Shown: one piece after another, positions 55,700-64,000 of the stretch | How positions within the stretch are numbered: the first letter of the stretch is position 1 | Layout: every line of letters begins with the position of its first letter | IMG/VR virus record: IMGVR_UViG_3300014839_000005 | Coordinates: 64,501 to 128,500 of that record | DNA length: 64,000 bases | Strand: one strand, 5' to 3' | Source: a virus | Notes under the pieces: model-generated | Told to the model about the DNA's origin: nothing | What the model saw: only the letters and a program-made list of their open reading frames with translations | The model's database searches: none | Translations under genes and position numbers: made by a program

Positions 55700-56548
55700 T
55701 TAATCAAAAAATGCCACGCCAGTCTTATGTTCAGTACTTAATACAACTTTATGCCATACGTTACCAAGATCTAAAGTAGCGTGTTCAGGATGAGTAATTT
55801 TTCCTTTAACATAAGTTGTAGGGTCTTTTACCTGTTGTACCCAAAACGCTTTTTTAGCAGAAGCCTTTTTCATTGCAGCTTTACGTTGGCTATCAGTAAA
55901 TCCTTGAGCCAAAGAAGCGAGATATTGATCAGAAACCCAAACAGTTGTTCCACCAGTATGATATTCAAATTCTGCCGTATGAATATGCAAACCACCCCTT
56001 CTTAATGGCGCATTTTTGTGAATTGCAACTAATGCACCTTCAGGAAGTGTAAAGTCTTTTACAGGAATGAACATGAATTCACCCTGCCTGTGAACCTTCA
56101 ATCCTGATTTAAGTAAACGGTGACGTTTATGGGCTTTTGAAGCTTTAAGCCCATGTTTGGTTTCAAAATCCCTTAATACTGGAGGTTTTAAAACTTGTTT
56201 TGCTTGAGTTACCGAAGTGACTGAAGTAGGAATACCGCAGACAAACCAATTACGTTCATCGTGGCCGCATAAGAAATAAGTAACCGATGGTTTACCTGAT
56301 TTATTCTTATTACCAAAATCCCTTACCATTAACAGTAGGTGACGATCTTTCTTTTGAACATCAGTAACTACTACTTCTACCAACTTTTTAACTCTGATAT
56401 CAAAATATTCACCCTTCAAATCTCTTTGAATGGTGATGGAATTTGCAAAAGATAAATAGTTAGAAATTTCGGGAACATTATAAACTTTTACCCTTGATCC
56501 GATCTTTTCAAACTTATCAACTATTGCCTGTAACAGTGCTAATAACAT
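55700..56548 (-). CDS. Hypothetical protein with a His-rich C-terminal domain
   Basis: RQGEFMFIP, HIH, HPEH. Confidence 0.65.
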   Translation of the reverse strand: MLLALLQAIVDKFEKIGSRVKVYNVPEISNYLSFANSITIQRDLKGEYFDIRVKKLVEVVVTDVQKKDRHLLLMVRDFGNKNKSGKPSVTYFLCGHDERNWFVCGIPTSVTSVTQAKQVLKPPVLRDFETKHGLKASKAHKRHRLLKSGLKVHRQGEFMFIPVKDFTLPEGALVAIHKNAPLRRGGLHIHTAEFEYHTGGTTVWVSDQYLASLAQGFTDSQRKAAMKKASAKKAFWVQQVKDPTTYVKGKITHPEHATLDLGNVWHKVVLSTEHKTGVAFFD

Positions 56549-56559
56549 AATCAGATCCT

Positions 56560-56766
56560 TTATTTATGTTTAGTGGTATCCACCTTTGTTTCCGACTGTT
56601 TTGTCGGTCCTTCCCAAATTTGCGTTACTGCACCCTTTAAACCGTGCTTCTGAACTTCTCCACATCCTTTAATGCAAAGGGCGAGTGCAATAATGCCAAC
56701 TGCTAGAATCATAAGAAAAAATATTACGACCAGCAGTTCAATAAGCGTGTAGCCTTTATTTTTCAT
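56560..56766 (-). CDS. Prepilin-type N-terminal cleavage/methylation-motif protein
   Basis: MKNKG/YTLIELLVV followed by a hydrophobic helix. Confidence 0.75.
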   Translation of the reverse strand: MKNKGYTLIELLVVIFFLMILAVGIIALALCIKGCGEVQKHGLKGAVTQIWEGPTKQSETKVDTTKHK

Positions 56767-56795
56767 ATTATTCCTTTATTTAAAGTGATAATTTT

Positions 56796-56866
56796 CTGGG
56801 GCTGATGGACTCGAACCACCGATGCTAGGACCAAAACCTAGTGACTTACCACTTGTCGAAGCCCCA
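56796..56866 (-). tRNA. tRNA-Gln(TTG)
   Basis: TGGGGCT/AGCCCCA acceptor, CTAGG-TTTTGGT-CCTAG anticodon arm, GGTTCGAGTCC. Confidence 0.93.
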
Positions 56867-56936
56867 GTTAATAATGTAATAATAATTGATAGCTACGTCA
56901 TGACTAGCCTTATCTTTTAAAATTACATTATATTTT

Positions 56937-57179
56937 TTAATCAAGATTCATTTCACGCGGTTTGTGTTTTTTGAAAAAATGACAATTCTTACAAAGAATA
57001 ATTGATGAAGGCTGACGCCTTAGAAACTTTAAAGCAAAACGATAAAACAAAGAACTTTTAAAATAAAGACATTTATTGTCTTTATTTAATTTTTCACATT
57101 CACCATAAACATAATTTTCCTTAAGACCCGTAATCTTATTCATAGCCAATTGTATTATAAATGTACATCTATGTTCCAC
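56937..57179 (-). CDS. Small Cys-containing hypothetical protein
   Basis: GGAGG RBS. Confidence 0.55.
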   Translation of the reverse strand: MEHRCTFIIQLAMNKITGLKENYVYGECEKLNKDNKCLYFKSSLFYRFALKFLRRQPSSIILCKNCHFFKKHKPREMNLD

Positions 57180-57206
57180 TTAAACCTCCATGTTTAAGAA
57201 AAAAAA

Positions 57207-57323
57207 GTTGCGAGGCGGCGCAACGCAGCCGGCCATCACATCTACGCTCTCCGGTCTCCGGTGCGTGACCATAAAAATGTGATCGGCTTGGCCATGGTAT
57301 GACTCCATACCGCCCAACAACCC
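57207..57323 (-). ncRNA. Candidate 117-nt rod-shaped RNA (unidentified)
   Basis: Nested stems GUUG/CAAC, GGGCGG/CCGCCU, AUCACAU/AUGUGAU, ACGC/GCGU, CCGG/CCGG; ends in U8. Confidence 0.55.
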
Positions 57324-57327
57324 TTTT

Positions 57328-57960
57328 TTAAAATAAATGATATATTAAATTAGGATCAATTATTTGTCCAGCATTACAAGATATTCTTATCACATTCCAG
57401 CCAAAATTTTTAGCTTCCATAGTTTTCTTTTCATCAATTTCTTGTTGAATTTTAGAACAATGATATATTCCATCAAATTCAACAAAAAGCTTTAAATCAA
57501 GTAATGCTAAATCAAATATTCCAGATCCACAAGGAAATTCAAATTGATACCTAATATTACTTTTATCAAGAAAATTTTTAATTAAAGAATATTTCCAAGA
57601 TTCTCTTGATCTTAACCCCTTAGATAAAACTTTATTATTACATACATATTTATTATTTTTTTTTCCCATTTCAGACGCTTTAACTCTACGATATTTAGTA
57701 ATACTTCCGCTTGAAGCACAAGACCTTGAACAAAAAGTTGCTCCCTTTTTCTTAGTAGAGGCAAAAAATTTATTTTTACAAACAGGACAAATTTTTTCTA
57801 TAATAGGAAGTTTTTTACTTAAATTTCTTTTTTTTGCAACACAACTTAGACTACAAAAAAAATATTGTCTTCCATTTTTAATTTGTCTATGATATTCCCC
57901 ATTTGATAGTATAAATTTATTATTACACCACGCACAATGTAATTCCACGCCTTGTTGCAT
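57328..57960 (-). CDS. Zinc-finger plus DUF559/Vsr-like endonuclease
   Basis: Repeated CxxC...FCSxxC; FDLAL...VEFDGIYH; start reassigned after GGAGG. Confidence 0.7.
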   Translation of the reverse strand: MQQGVELHCAWCNNKFILSNGEYHRQIKNGRQYFFCSLSCVAKKRNLSKKLPIIEKICPVCKNKFFASTKKKGATFCSRSCASSGSITKYRRVKASEMGKKNNKYVCNNKVLSKGLRSRESWKYSLIKNFLDKSNIRYQFEFPCGSGIFDLALLDLKLFVEFDGIYHCSKIQQEIDEKKTMEAKNFGWNVIRISCNAGQIIDPNLIYHLF

Positions 57961-58024
57961 ATTACCTCCTAATATAAATAGCATATTATGGAGATAATAT
58001 GCAACGAAAATAGTGGAGATTAAT

Positions 58025-58429
58025 TGGATCCGCTGGGAATCGAACCCAGGTCCTAAAGGCAATCATAATGTAATACTACATGTTTATCTTCTGTTTTATT
58101 TAATATCAAGATCGTTCAGAAGCAAACTACCTTGATACGAACTTCAGATATTCTTCAGATACATACTTCACGAAGTCACCCTTATGTATCCTACACCTAT
58201 ATTTCGCTTAAACAGTTCGGTCTTCTGTAAAAGCTAGTCGCCTTTTGTTAGGCAACACATGCCGGTGCCATCGAAAAGCTGCACATGGTCGCAAAACCAA
58301 GTGCAAACTTAGCACCGATCTGACTACCCAGATTGGCAGTTAGATTGTAATGGATATTTTAGGAGGCCAACCATTATCCTCCACATGCATTACAAAACTC
58401 TTGACCTTAGTCGAAACCAATTCGGACCC
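58025..58429 (-). ncRNA. ssrA: tmRNA
   Basis: 5' GGGUCCGAAUUGGUUUCGAC; 3' T arm GGGUUCGAUUCCC and acceptor CGGAUCCA with a G3-U wobble; internal tag ORF. Confidence 0.9.
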
Positions 58430-58449
58430 ATATTATATTTTAATCCACC

Positions 58450-58720
58450 CATAGGGTGGATATAATTTTAAGTGACTGGTTGCATATTACTATGCCCTCT
58501 TATCTATTTGTTATATTGTGTATCAAAAAAAGCCAGTTACTTGTGCCCTAATCCTTGAGAGGTTGACGAGTACAACCAGCAAAAGTCACGTCATTGGTGG
58601 TAGCAACACCCCTCCATAATATAAACTACAAAAGATGTCTGCGGCAATGCCCAGTTTCAAAAAACATCACCGCAGACCGCAGGAGTTTCCTGCAAAGCTC
58701 AATCAATTTCGACGGGTAGA
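58450..58720 (-). ncRNA. Candidate structured RNA upstream of the tmRNA
   Basis: Begins after dyad motif copy 9; stems GUCUGCGG/CCGCAGAC, GCAGG/CCUGC, AAGUAACUGG/CCAGUCACUU; no ORF of 60 aa or more. Confidence 0.45.
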
Positions 58721-58726
58721 ACTATC

Positions 58727-58761
58727 CATTATAGTTATTCCTAATTATTCAAACAAATAAC
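58727..58761 (-). promoter_or_regulatory. GTTAT-N18-ATAAC-TATAATG motif, copy 9
   Basis: Half-sites at 58734-58738 and 58757-58761. Confidence 0.75.
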
Positions 58762-58762
58762 A

Positions 58763-59020
58763 TTAGGATATTTTGAATTTCTTGAACATATCGATATGGG
58801 TTTGTACCATATCAATATCCTTAGCAACATCCCACCAGCAAACCATATCCAACGTTGCCGGCAAATTTCGAACATTCTTATTCTCTTCTTCACTTGGATT
58901 AACCAAAGTGAATTCTGCCTCAGTGGCAGGATTAAATCTTGATGAAATGTGTCCAATGCCATCCTCTTCTTCATAACGCTCTACTATAAAATACCTCTTT
59001 CGATTAATTGTGAATAACAA
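58763..59020 (-). CDS. Hypothetical protein (start uncertain)
   Basis: 85-aa ORF, TTG start. Confidence 0.45.
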   Translation of the reverse strand: MLFTINRKRYFIVERYEEEDGIGHISSRFNPATEAEFTLVNPSEEENKNVRNLPATLDMVCWWDVAKDIDMVQTHIDMFKKFKIS

Positions 59021-59031
59021 TTATATCCCTT

Positions 59032-59066
59032 TATTATTGTTATTCCCAATTATCGAATCAAATAAC
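59032..59066 (-). promoter_or_regulatory. GTTAT-N18-ATAAC-AATAATA motif, copy 10
   Basis: Half-sites at 59039-59043 and 59062-59066. Confidence 0.7.
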
Positions 59067-59145
59067 AACTACCAATTTATTACTATTCGGGTGTTTTCAA
59101 ATATACTTATTAGCGAAAGATCTATACAAATAATTGAAAATATTA

Positions 59146-59379
59146 TTATAACCTCAAACCAGGTTCAGCCGCCTTTGTTGCGTTATCTTGTGAATTATTC
59201 TCTGCATTTCTTATATATCGTAATGCTGTTTGAAATCTTGTTTCGTCTGGAAATTTTCGTTGAACAGCAAATAATAATGTATCATATTCAATTTCATCTT
59301 CTGTTCTTGCACGAGTAAATTGCGAAAGTTCTAAAAAAAGCTTGTCTATTAATTCTGTTTCAAATTTATCTAATTCCAT
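59146..59379 (-). CDS. Hypothetical protein
   Basis: AAGGA RBS; 77 aa. Confidence 0.6.
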   Translation of the reverse strand: MELDKFETELIDKLFLELSQFTRARTEDEIEYDTLLFAVQRKFPDETRFQTALRYIRNAENNSQDNATKAAEPGLRL

Positions 59380-59401
59380 AACACTATCCTTTCTGATGGC
59401 T

Positions 59402-59434
59402 AAAAAAAGAGAGAGTTAATCTTCTCTCTTTTTT
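59402..59434. terminator. Bidirectional intrinsic terminator
   Basis: A7-GAGAGAG-loop-CTTCTCTC-T7. Confidence 0.75.
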
Positions 59435-59440
59435 TGTGAT

Positions 59441-59618
59441 TATGGGCGACCATACGCAACCTGATATCTCTTTCGTGGTGCAACTGCATCATACACGTGT
59501 TATAGAGGCAACCTCATATGCAGGACACCCACTAATAGAGGCTTTTTCAATCAAACAGGAAACAGCTGTTGCGGTTGGCACATACTGGTAACATTTCCTG
59601 AGCTGCGTCACGCCCATA
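59441..59618 (-). ncRNA. Candidate 178-nt structured RNA
   Basis: Closing stems UAUGGGCG/CGCCCAUA and ACGCAGC/GUUGCGU; extended -10 TGCCATAAT 6 nt upstream; terminator downstream. Confidence 0.55.
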
Positions 59619-59673
59619 TGATTTATTATGGCAAACCAATCAATGATATTAATTGTCTTTCGTTCTTATCATA

Positions 59674-59841
59674 TTAATTAGCCCCTGTTTCAATAACTTT
59701 AACATCAATTTTTTCTGTTTGATCTTCACCAACTTTATGACCAGTTAAAATAACTCCTTCTTTCAAAGCTTTTATAATGTTTTCTCTATCTTCTTTTGTC
59801 ATATTAGAAGTGCCATCAGCTCTTATAATAATATTTTTCAT
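59674..59841 (-). CDS. Small hypothetical protein
   Basis: Start reassigned after GGAG. Confidence 0.5.
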   Translation of the reverse strand: MKNIIIRADGTSNMTKEDRENIIKALKEGVILTGHKVGEDQTEKIDVKVIETGAN

Positions 59842-59842
59842 A

Positions 59843-60841
59843 TTACACTCCTGCCAATTGTAATGCCGAATCCCAAGCATATTGCTTCAACATAGCTGAT
59901 CCGCCAAACCAGATGCTCTGTAAACGAGATTCTCCGTCTTTTTCATTTCTTACAGTTTTAAAATGATCAGCATATTCCGTAACGGCATTATAAGCAGTCC
60001 ACATTGTGTGCTTGATCTCAGGAATATCGTTACCCTTGCCAGCATCGAATAAATATGTAACTTTACCCCTGATTTCTTCAATATGTTCTTTAGTGACTTT
60101 TGTTGAGTCAGCAGAAAGTGGAAAAACCTTATTTAAATAATTTGCAAACTTCTGAGCATCAACTGATACTGTTGCAAGATAATTTGAGGCTTCTTCAAAT
60201 TTTCTATAATGATTAATAGCAATACCAAGAGCGTCTCTCGCCATCACAACTTTTGATTTTGCATTCTTTGTATGCCTGATTGATACCTTGTCTGTAGCGT
60301 CGCCCATGGCAGCTCTTAATGTATTCCAGCACACAACTCTAGTTGGTGTACACATCATTTGTAAAGCCCCGGTGGCGTCATGAGACGTAGTTAATAAAAT
60401 AAATTTTTCTATCTCATCTTTTCCTTTGATAATTATATTATTAGGCAACTTTGCCAGAATCCATATTTTTTTTCCAAAACTTAAAGCGCCAGCTGTATGG
60501 TATATTGCCTGCCCTGCGCCAACAACTGAATCAAAAAAATCAAAACTTTCTAAATTATCTATAGTAACATAGTCATTTCCTACACAAGCTAAAACGCTAT
60601 GTATTGAATCATCACTATTCATTCTTGCTACAGCCATTTTTTCAGGAACTTCAATATCGGTTCCAGTTATCATCATTTTAAATTTTTTAACCTTCCAGTT
60701 TAATCTTGCTGATTCAATAGCTTCTGCAGCTGTTGCGGGAGCATCAAGTGGCGTTCCAAGACCATGCCATGGAGGATTATCTCTTCCAACATACATCATT
60801 TCAGCTTTACCATCTTCATCTACAGTTAAATTATGCGACAT
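59843..60841 (-). CDS. DUF932-family phage/plasmid protein
   Basis: PWHGLG, TAGAL..GKKIWILAKL, SHDATG, RVVCWNT, WTAYNAVTEY. Confidence 0.85.
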   Translation of the reverse strand: MSHNLTVDEDGKAEMMYVGRDNPPWHGLGTPLDAPATAAEAIESARLNWKVKKFKMMITGTDIEVPEKMAVARMNSDDSIHSVLACVGNDYVTIDNLESFDFFDSVVGAGQAIYHTAGALSFGKKIWILAKLPNNIIIKGKDEIEKFILLTTSHDATGALQMMCTPTRVVCWNTLRAAMGDATDKVSIRHTKNAKSKVVMARDALGIAINHYRKFEEASNYLATVSVDAQKFANYLNKVFPLSADSTKVTKEHIEEIRGKVTYLFDAGKGNDIPEIKHTMWTAYNAVTEYADHFKTVRNEKDGESRLQSIWFGGSAMLKQYAWDSALQLAGV

Positions 60842-62693
60842 TTTTATTCTCCTTTAAATGAGCCATAAGTTCATAATGACCTATATCATTTATATCTATT
60901 TTACCCCATTTTCTTTCAAGATATGGAATATTTAAATCAAGTATATATTGTTTCAATTTTCTAATAAATTCTTTACTATTTATAGAAACATCTATATAAT
61001 ATTTTTTTTGAACTTTATTCCAACAAGGTCTATCGTGTATTGTACATTCAACATTTAAAATTTTTGTCATCCTATTAAATGTTATAACTAACCACTCTTT
61101 CCATGACATATGACAATGAACATGCATTGAACAATGATATCCCTTACTACCCTGCATCCATTCTATATAGCCATCTCCGTCAAGATATCCTATCATATAA
61201 GACATAAATAATTGATCATTATCAGATATTTTTGAAAATGGAGGTTCATATGTTTTTCTATTAGTAAAACCAAATTTTTCTTTAATTTTTATTACAACAG
61301 CAGCATGATCACATTTAACAAAGTGTTGAGGATGTTTAGATATTATACGTAAATGTCTAACCTCTCCATTTACAAATTTAGAATATTTTTTTAATTGATC
61401 TAAATCTTTATCAGCTAACGATATATTAATCCATCTCTTATCAAAATGAGCATCAGCTGATAAATAACCAATCCAATAATATGCTAAATTACTTTCATTT
61501 AATAAGGGAGATAGATCACATTTAGATGATGGTAGACGATATATGTTTCTATTAACACTTAATCCAAGCTCTTTTGCTTTTCCTTTTATACCATTCCGCG
61601 ATCTAGATGTATTATGTAAAACTACTGAACTACCATTATTAGAATAAGATTCTTTTAATAATTGTAACTCTCGTTCATTCCAATAACTTTCACTTTCTTT
61701 TTTTAATCTTTTTAAATTAAAATATCTACCTCTAACTTTTATTTGTTCTCGATTTCTTCCTGGAAGCATTTCTTCAAGTTGTTTCCACTTAGCAGCGGGA
61801 TAGTTATTTTTTATTATTTCATCTTCCTCTTTAGTCCAATATGGAGCAACACTTCTTTGAATATTTATTCTTTTTAAATTTAATGCAAATGCTCTAGCCT
61901 TTATAGATGTCGGAGTATTAATCTTTCTTGAAAATAAAGATTTTAATTCATCCCAAGATGCTGTAGAATAATTTTTTATAAGAAGATTATCTTCATCTTT
62001 AGTCCAATCTCTAAAATGACCTCTTGATAATTTCAACACAACTCTAGCTTGATGATGAATAGAATGTTTTGACCTAAGTGGTAATTTTGATAATAATGCA
62101 TCCCATTCATCAATTGCGTAAAATTGTTCTAATATTTTATTTTCTTCTACAGTCCAAGATCTTCCACCACCAAATGTTTCTTTATGAAAACCATGGCTAT
62201 ATGCAACCCCTATAATTCCTTTTAAAGGTCTATCTGGGAAAGCTTTAATTAATTCTTTATGTGTGGCATATTTAAAAACCTCTTTTAACTTTTTAAGATC
62301 ATTATCTGTCCAATATTTTTTAGATTTTATTCCTAAAAGATGAGCGCGTTGTTTAATAGATTCTGAACTCCTATTAGGAATTAATTTTTCTACTTTTTTT
62401 ATATCTTCAATATAATATTGTTTTATAATATTTTCTTCTTCATTAGTATATTTTACATCAGATCTATATTGAGTAAAAAACAGTTTAGCTCTTTCTTTAT
62501 TAATACATCCACAACTTTTAGTAGGATTTTTTTTTAATTTTAAATTTCCGCCATTAATAATTTTTTTAATTCCACAATCACACCAACAATTCCAAAATAT
62601 ACTTCCATATTTATTTCTATGACTAAGCGATATAACAACTAATCTTCCAAATCTTTGACCAGTTAAATCTAAATGACTATATTGTCTTGGCAT
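60831..62693 (-). CDS. Multidomain protein: DLTGQRFG N-terminal domain, six Myb/SANT-like repeats, LAGLIDADG domain
   Basis: [W/Y]TxEE/DxxLxxxY repeats at about 50-aa spacing; YWIGYLSAD and MIGYLDGDG. Confidence 0.7.
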   Translation of the reverse strand: MPRQYSHLDLTGQRFGRLVVISLSHRNKYGSIFWNCWCDCGIKKIINGGNLKLKKNPTKSCGCINKERAKLFFTQYRSDVKYTNEEENIIKQYYIEDIKKVEKLIPNRSSESIKQRAHLLGIKSKKYWTDNDLKKLKEVFKYATHKELIKAFPDRPLKGIIGVAYSHGFHKETFGGGRSWTVEENKILEQFYAIDEWDALLSKLPLRSKHSIHHQARVVLKLSRGHFRDWTKDEDNLLIKNYSTASWDELKSLFSRKINTPTSIKARAFALNLKRINIQRSVAPYWTKEEDEIIKNNYPAAKWKQLEEMLPGRNREQIKVRGRYFNLKRLKKESESYWNERELQLLKESYSNNGSSVVLHNTSRSRNGIKGKAKELGLSVNRNIYRLPSSKCDLSPLLNESNLAYYWIGYLSADAHFDKRWINISLADKDLDQLKKYSKFVNGEVRHLRIISKHPQHFVKCDHAAVVIKIKEKFGFTNRKTYEPPFSKISDNDQLFMSYMIGYLDGDGYIEWMQGSKGYHCSMHVHCHMSWKEWLVITFNRMTKILNVECTIHDRPCWNKVQKKYYIDVSINSKEFIRKLKQYILDLNIPYLERKWGKIDINDIGHYELMAHLKENKNVA

Positions 62694-62694
62694 T

Positions 62695-63084
62695 TTAGTT
62701 TTCCAACCTTTTTTCTCTCAATACCTTTACAAGTTCTCCAAAAGCCCCATCAAGAATACTCTCTTTATAATGCACTCTAATTGATTTGTCGCACCACCTG
62801 CATTGACAGTCTATAAAACTACTTCCATCACTACCTTTTTCAGTTTTTGATATTTCATGTCCAGTAAGGAACTCGCATATATTTTCAATATGCAATCTTA
62901 ATTTTGCCCTATAAAGAACAAATTGTCCATTTGGATATCGCTCTGTTTTTGCTCTTACCCAACGTTTGGGCATATAGTACCAAAGTTGAGGATAAGACCA
63001 TTTACCCTTTTTCCAATTTTTAGGAAATAACCGTGCTATAAAAGGCAAAATAAGTAAAAAAAATCTTTGCATCATTATAGACAT
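62695..63084 (-). CDS. Hypothetical protein
   Basis: 129-aa ORF; CQCRWC motif. Confidence 0.55.
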   Translation of the reverse strand: MSIMMQRFFLLILPFIARLFPKNWKKGKWSYPQLWYYMPKRWVRAKTERYPNGQFVLYRAKLRLHIENICEFLTGHEISKTEKGSDGSSFIDCQCRWCDKSIRVHYKESILDGAFGELVKVLREKRLEN

Positions 63085-63100
63085 TTATATTGTTCTTTTT

Positions 63101-63568
63101 TTAAAGTGTTATTAATTTATTATTACAATCAAATAAACCAGATGGAGTATCTCTTTTTCGTAGCCAATATAAAAAATCAACAAATTGTTTTTCTAACAAC
63201 CACACACCAGTTTTATCTTTTGGTGTCATATCTATAGCAATGCGATTTAATGCCATAATACTAAATTCAAAACTATCTTCTATTTTTCTATATTTACAAA
63301 AATAAGATGGCAAATGACACATATTTCCTAAATTTATTAATACCTTAAATTCAGGACATTTATTTATTATTATACTACCACAAGGTTCTTTTTTATATTC
63401 AAAAAAAGCTATTGGCATATAAGTATCAAATTCAGTCATAACAAAATCTAGATCAATAGCAGGACAATTAAATCCCCATAATTTATGACGTTCTGAAATT
63501 TCTTCATCCCTCCAATGACTTCGCTCTTCCTTTACTATTGGATAACCTGTTCTACTATCAATCATCAT
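63101..63568 (-). CDS. Hypothetical protein, possible PD-(D/E)xK fold
   Basis: IDLDF...FFEYK. Confidence 0.45.
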   Translation of the reverse strand: MMIDSRTGYPIVKEERSHWRDEEISERHKLWGFNCPAIDLDFVMTEFDTYMPIAFFEYKKEPCGSIIINKCPEFKVLINLGNMCHLPSYFCKYRKIEDSFEFSIMALNRIAIDMTPKDKTGVWLLEKQFVDFLYWLRKRDTPSGLFDCNNKLITL

Positions 63569-63583
63569 AATTTACTCCATTAA

Positions 63584-64000
63584 CTAAAGTTTAAAATCCA
63601 CTTCACATCTTCTGACTGCCTTTTCACACACTCCTTTATCAATATCACATCCTACAAACCTCCGTCCAAGCCTTAATGAAACCAGCGCCGTTGTTCCTCC
63701 ACCAACAAAAGGATCACAAACAATCTGTCCTGGTTCACTCAATCTATCTATCAGGTCAGCCATACCGCTTTCAGACTGTCCCCATTCATGAAACCGTTTG
63801 TCATTCGCATCAGATTTGCATACATCTCCTATCCAGTCCTTTGCCTTTCCAAAAAGCAGGACGGGCTTCCAGTATGCATTGATCTTCGCTTCCCATTGCT
63901 GGGCTGCCTGGCCGCCTGGAGTGAGGTATGCCAGCGTCCACCTGTATTGAAGATGTTTTGTCATAGCAGCTATAATATCAGGAAGGTAGGATTGTCCGCA
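63584..64000 (-). CDS. DNA N4/N6 methyltransferase, C-terminal part (5' end outside the window)
   Basis: CDPFVGGGTT, GRRFVGCDID; frame open to the window edge. Confidence 0.8.
   Translation of the reverse strand, partial: CGQSYLPDIIAAMTKHLQYRWTLAYLTPGGQAAQQWEAKINAYWKPVLLFGKAKDWIGDVCKSDANDKRFHEWGQSESGMADLIDRLSEPGQIVCDPFVGGGTTALVSLRLGRRFVGCDIDKGVCEKAVRRCEVDFKL

Noticed and set aside
57207-57323. SRP (4.5S) RNA
   Set aside because: The conserved helix-8 symmetric loop is not present.
57961-58062. N-terminal extension of ORF 57328-58062
   Set aside because: Overlaps the tmRNA 3' end; the RBS supports a start at 57960.
1-64000. CRISPR array or evenly spaced noncoding repeat array, especially near the RT
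   Set aside because: No regularly spaced direct repeats seen; tandem repeats here are coding Thr/Ser tracts. Sequence left of the window is unknown.
1-64000. Stop-codon reassignment
   Set aside because: Known proteins translate full length in code 11 with dense gene packing.

Overview
AT-rich segment of a large, probably lytic myovirus read in standard code 11. Left end (minus strand): an operon of DHH phosphoesterase, retron-type reverse transcriptase and RNase HI that runs off the window edge, preceded by an SNF2 helicase. 5.2-42 kb (mostly plus strand) is morphogenesis: GpA-like terminase, about ten small head proteins sharing a K-x-A(S) motif, prohead protease, scaffold, three paralogous decoration proteins, HK97-type major capsid, neck proteins, tail sheath and tube. 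Between head and tail genes sits a 12.5-kb glycosylation cluster (ppGalNAc-T-like and other glycosyltransferases, two methyltransferases, a UDP-uronate epimerase), while neighbouring virion proteins carry Thr-rich mucin-like and alternating-Ser repeat segments. 42-64 kb (minus strand) holds early/middle genes: intein-containing class II RNR, thioredoxin, homing endonucleases, RRM protein, prepilin-like protein, a TnpB-only IS element, two tRNAs, a tmRNA with an unusually long predicted tag, and several unidentified structured intergenic RNAs. A dyad motif GTTAT-N18-ATAAC abutting a -10-like box occurs ten times in intergenic DNA. Portal, tape measure and baseplate genes were not recognised. 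All calls come from reading motifs by eye; no database searches were run.
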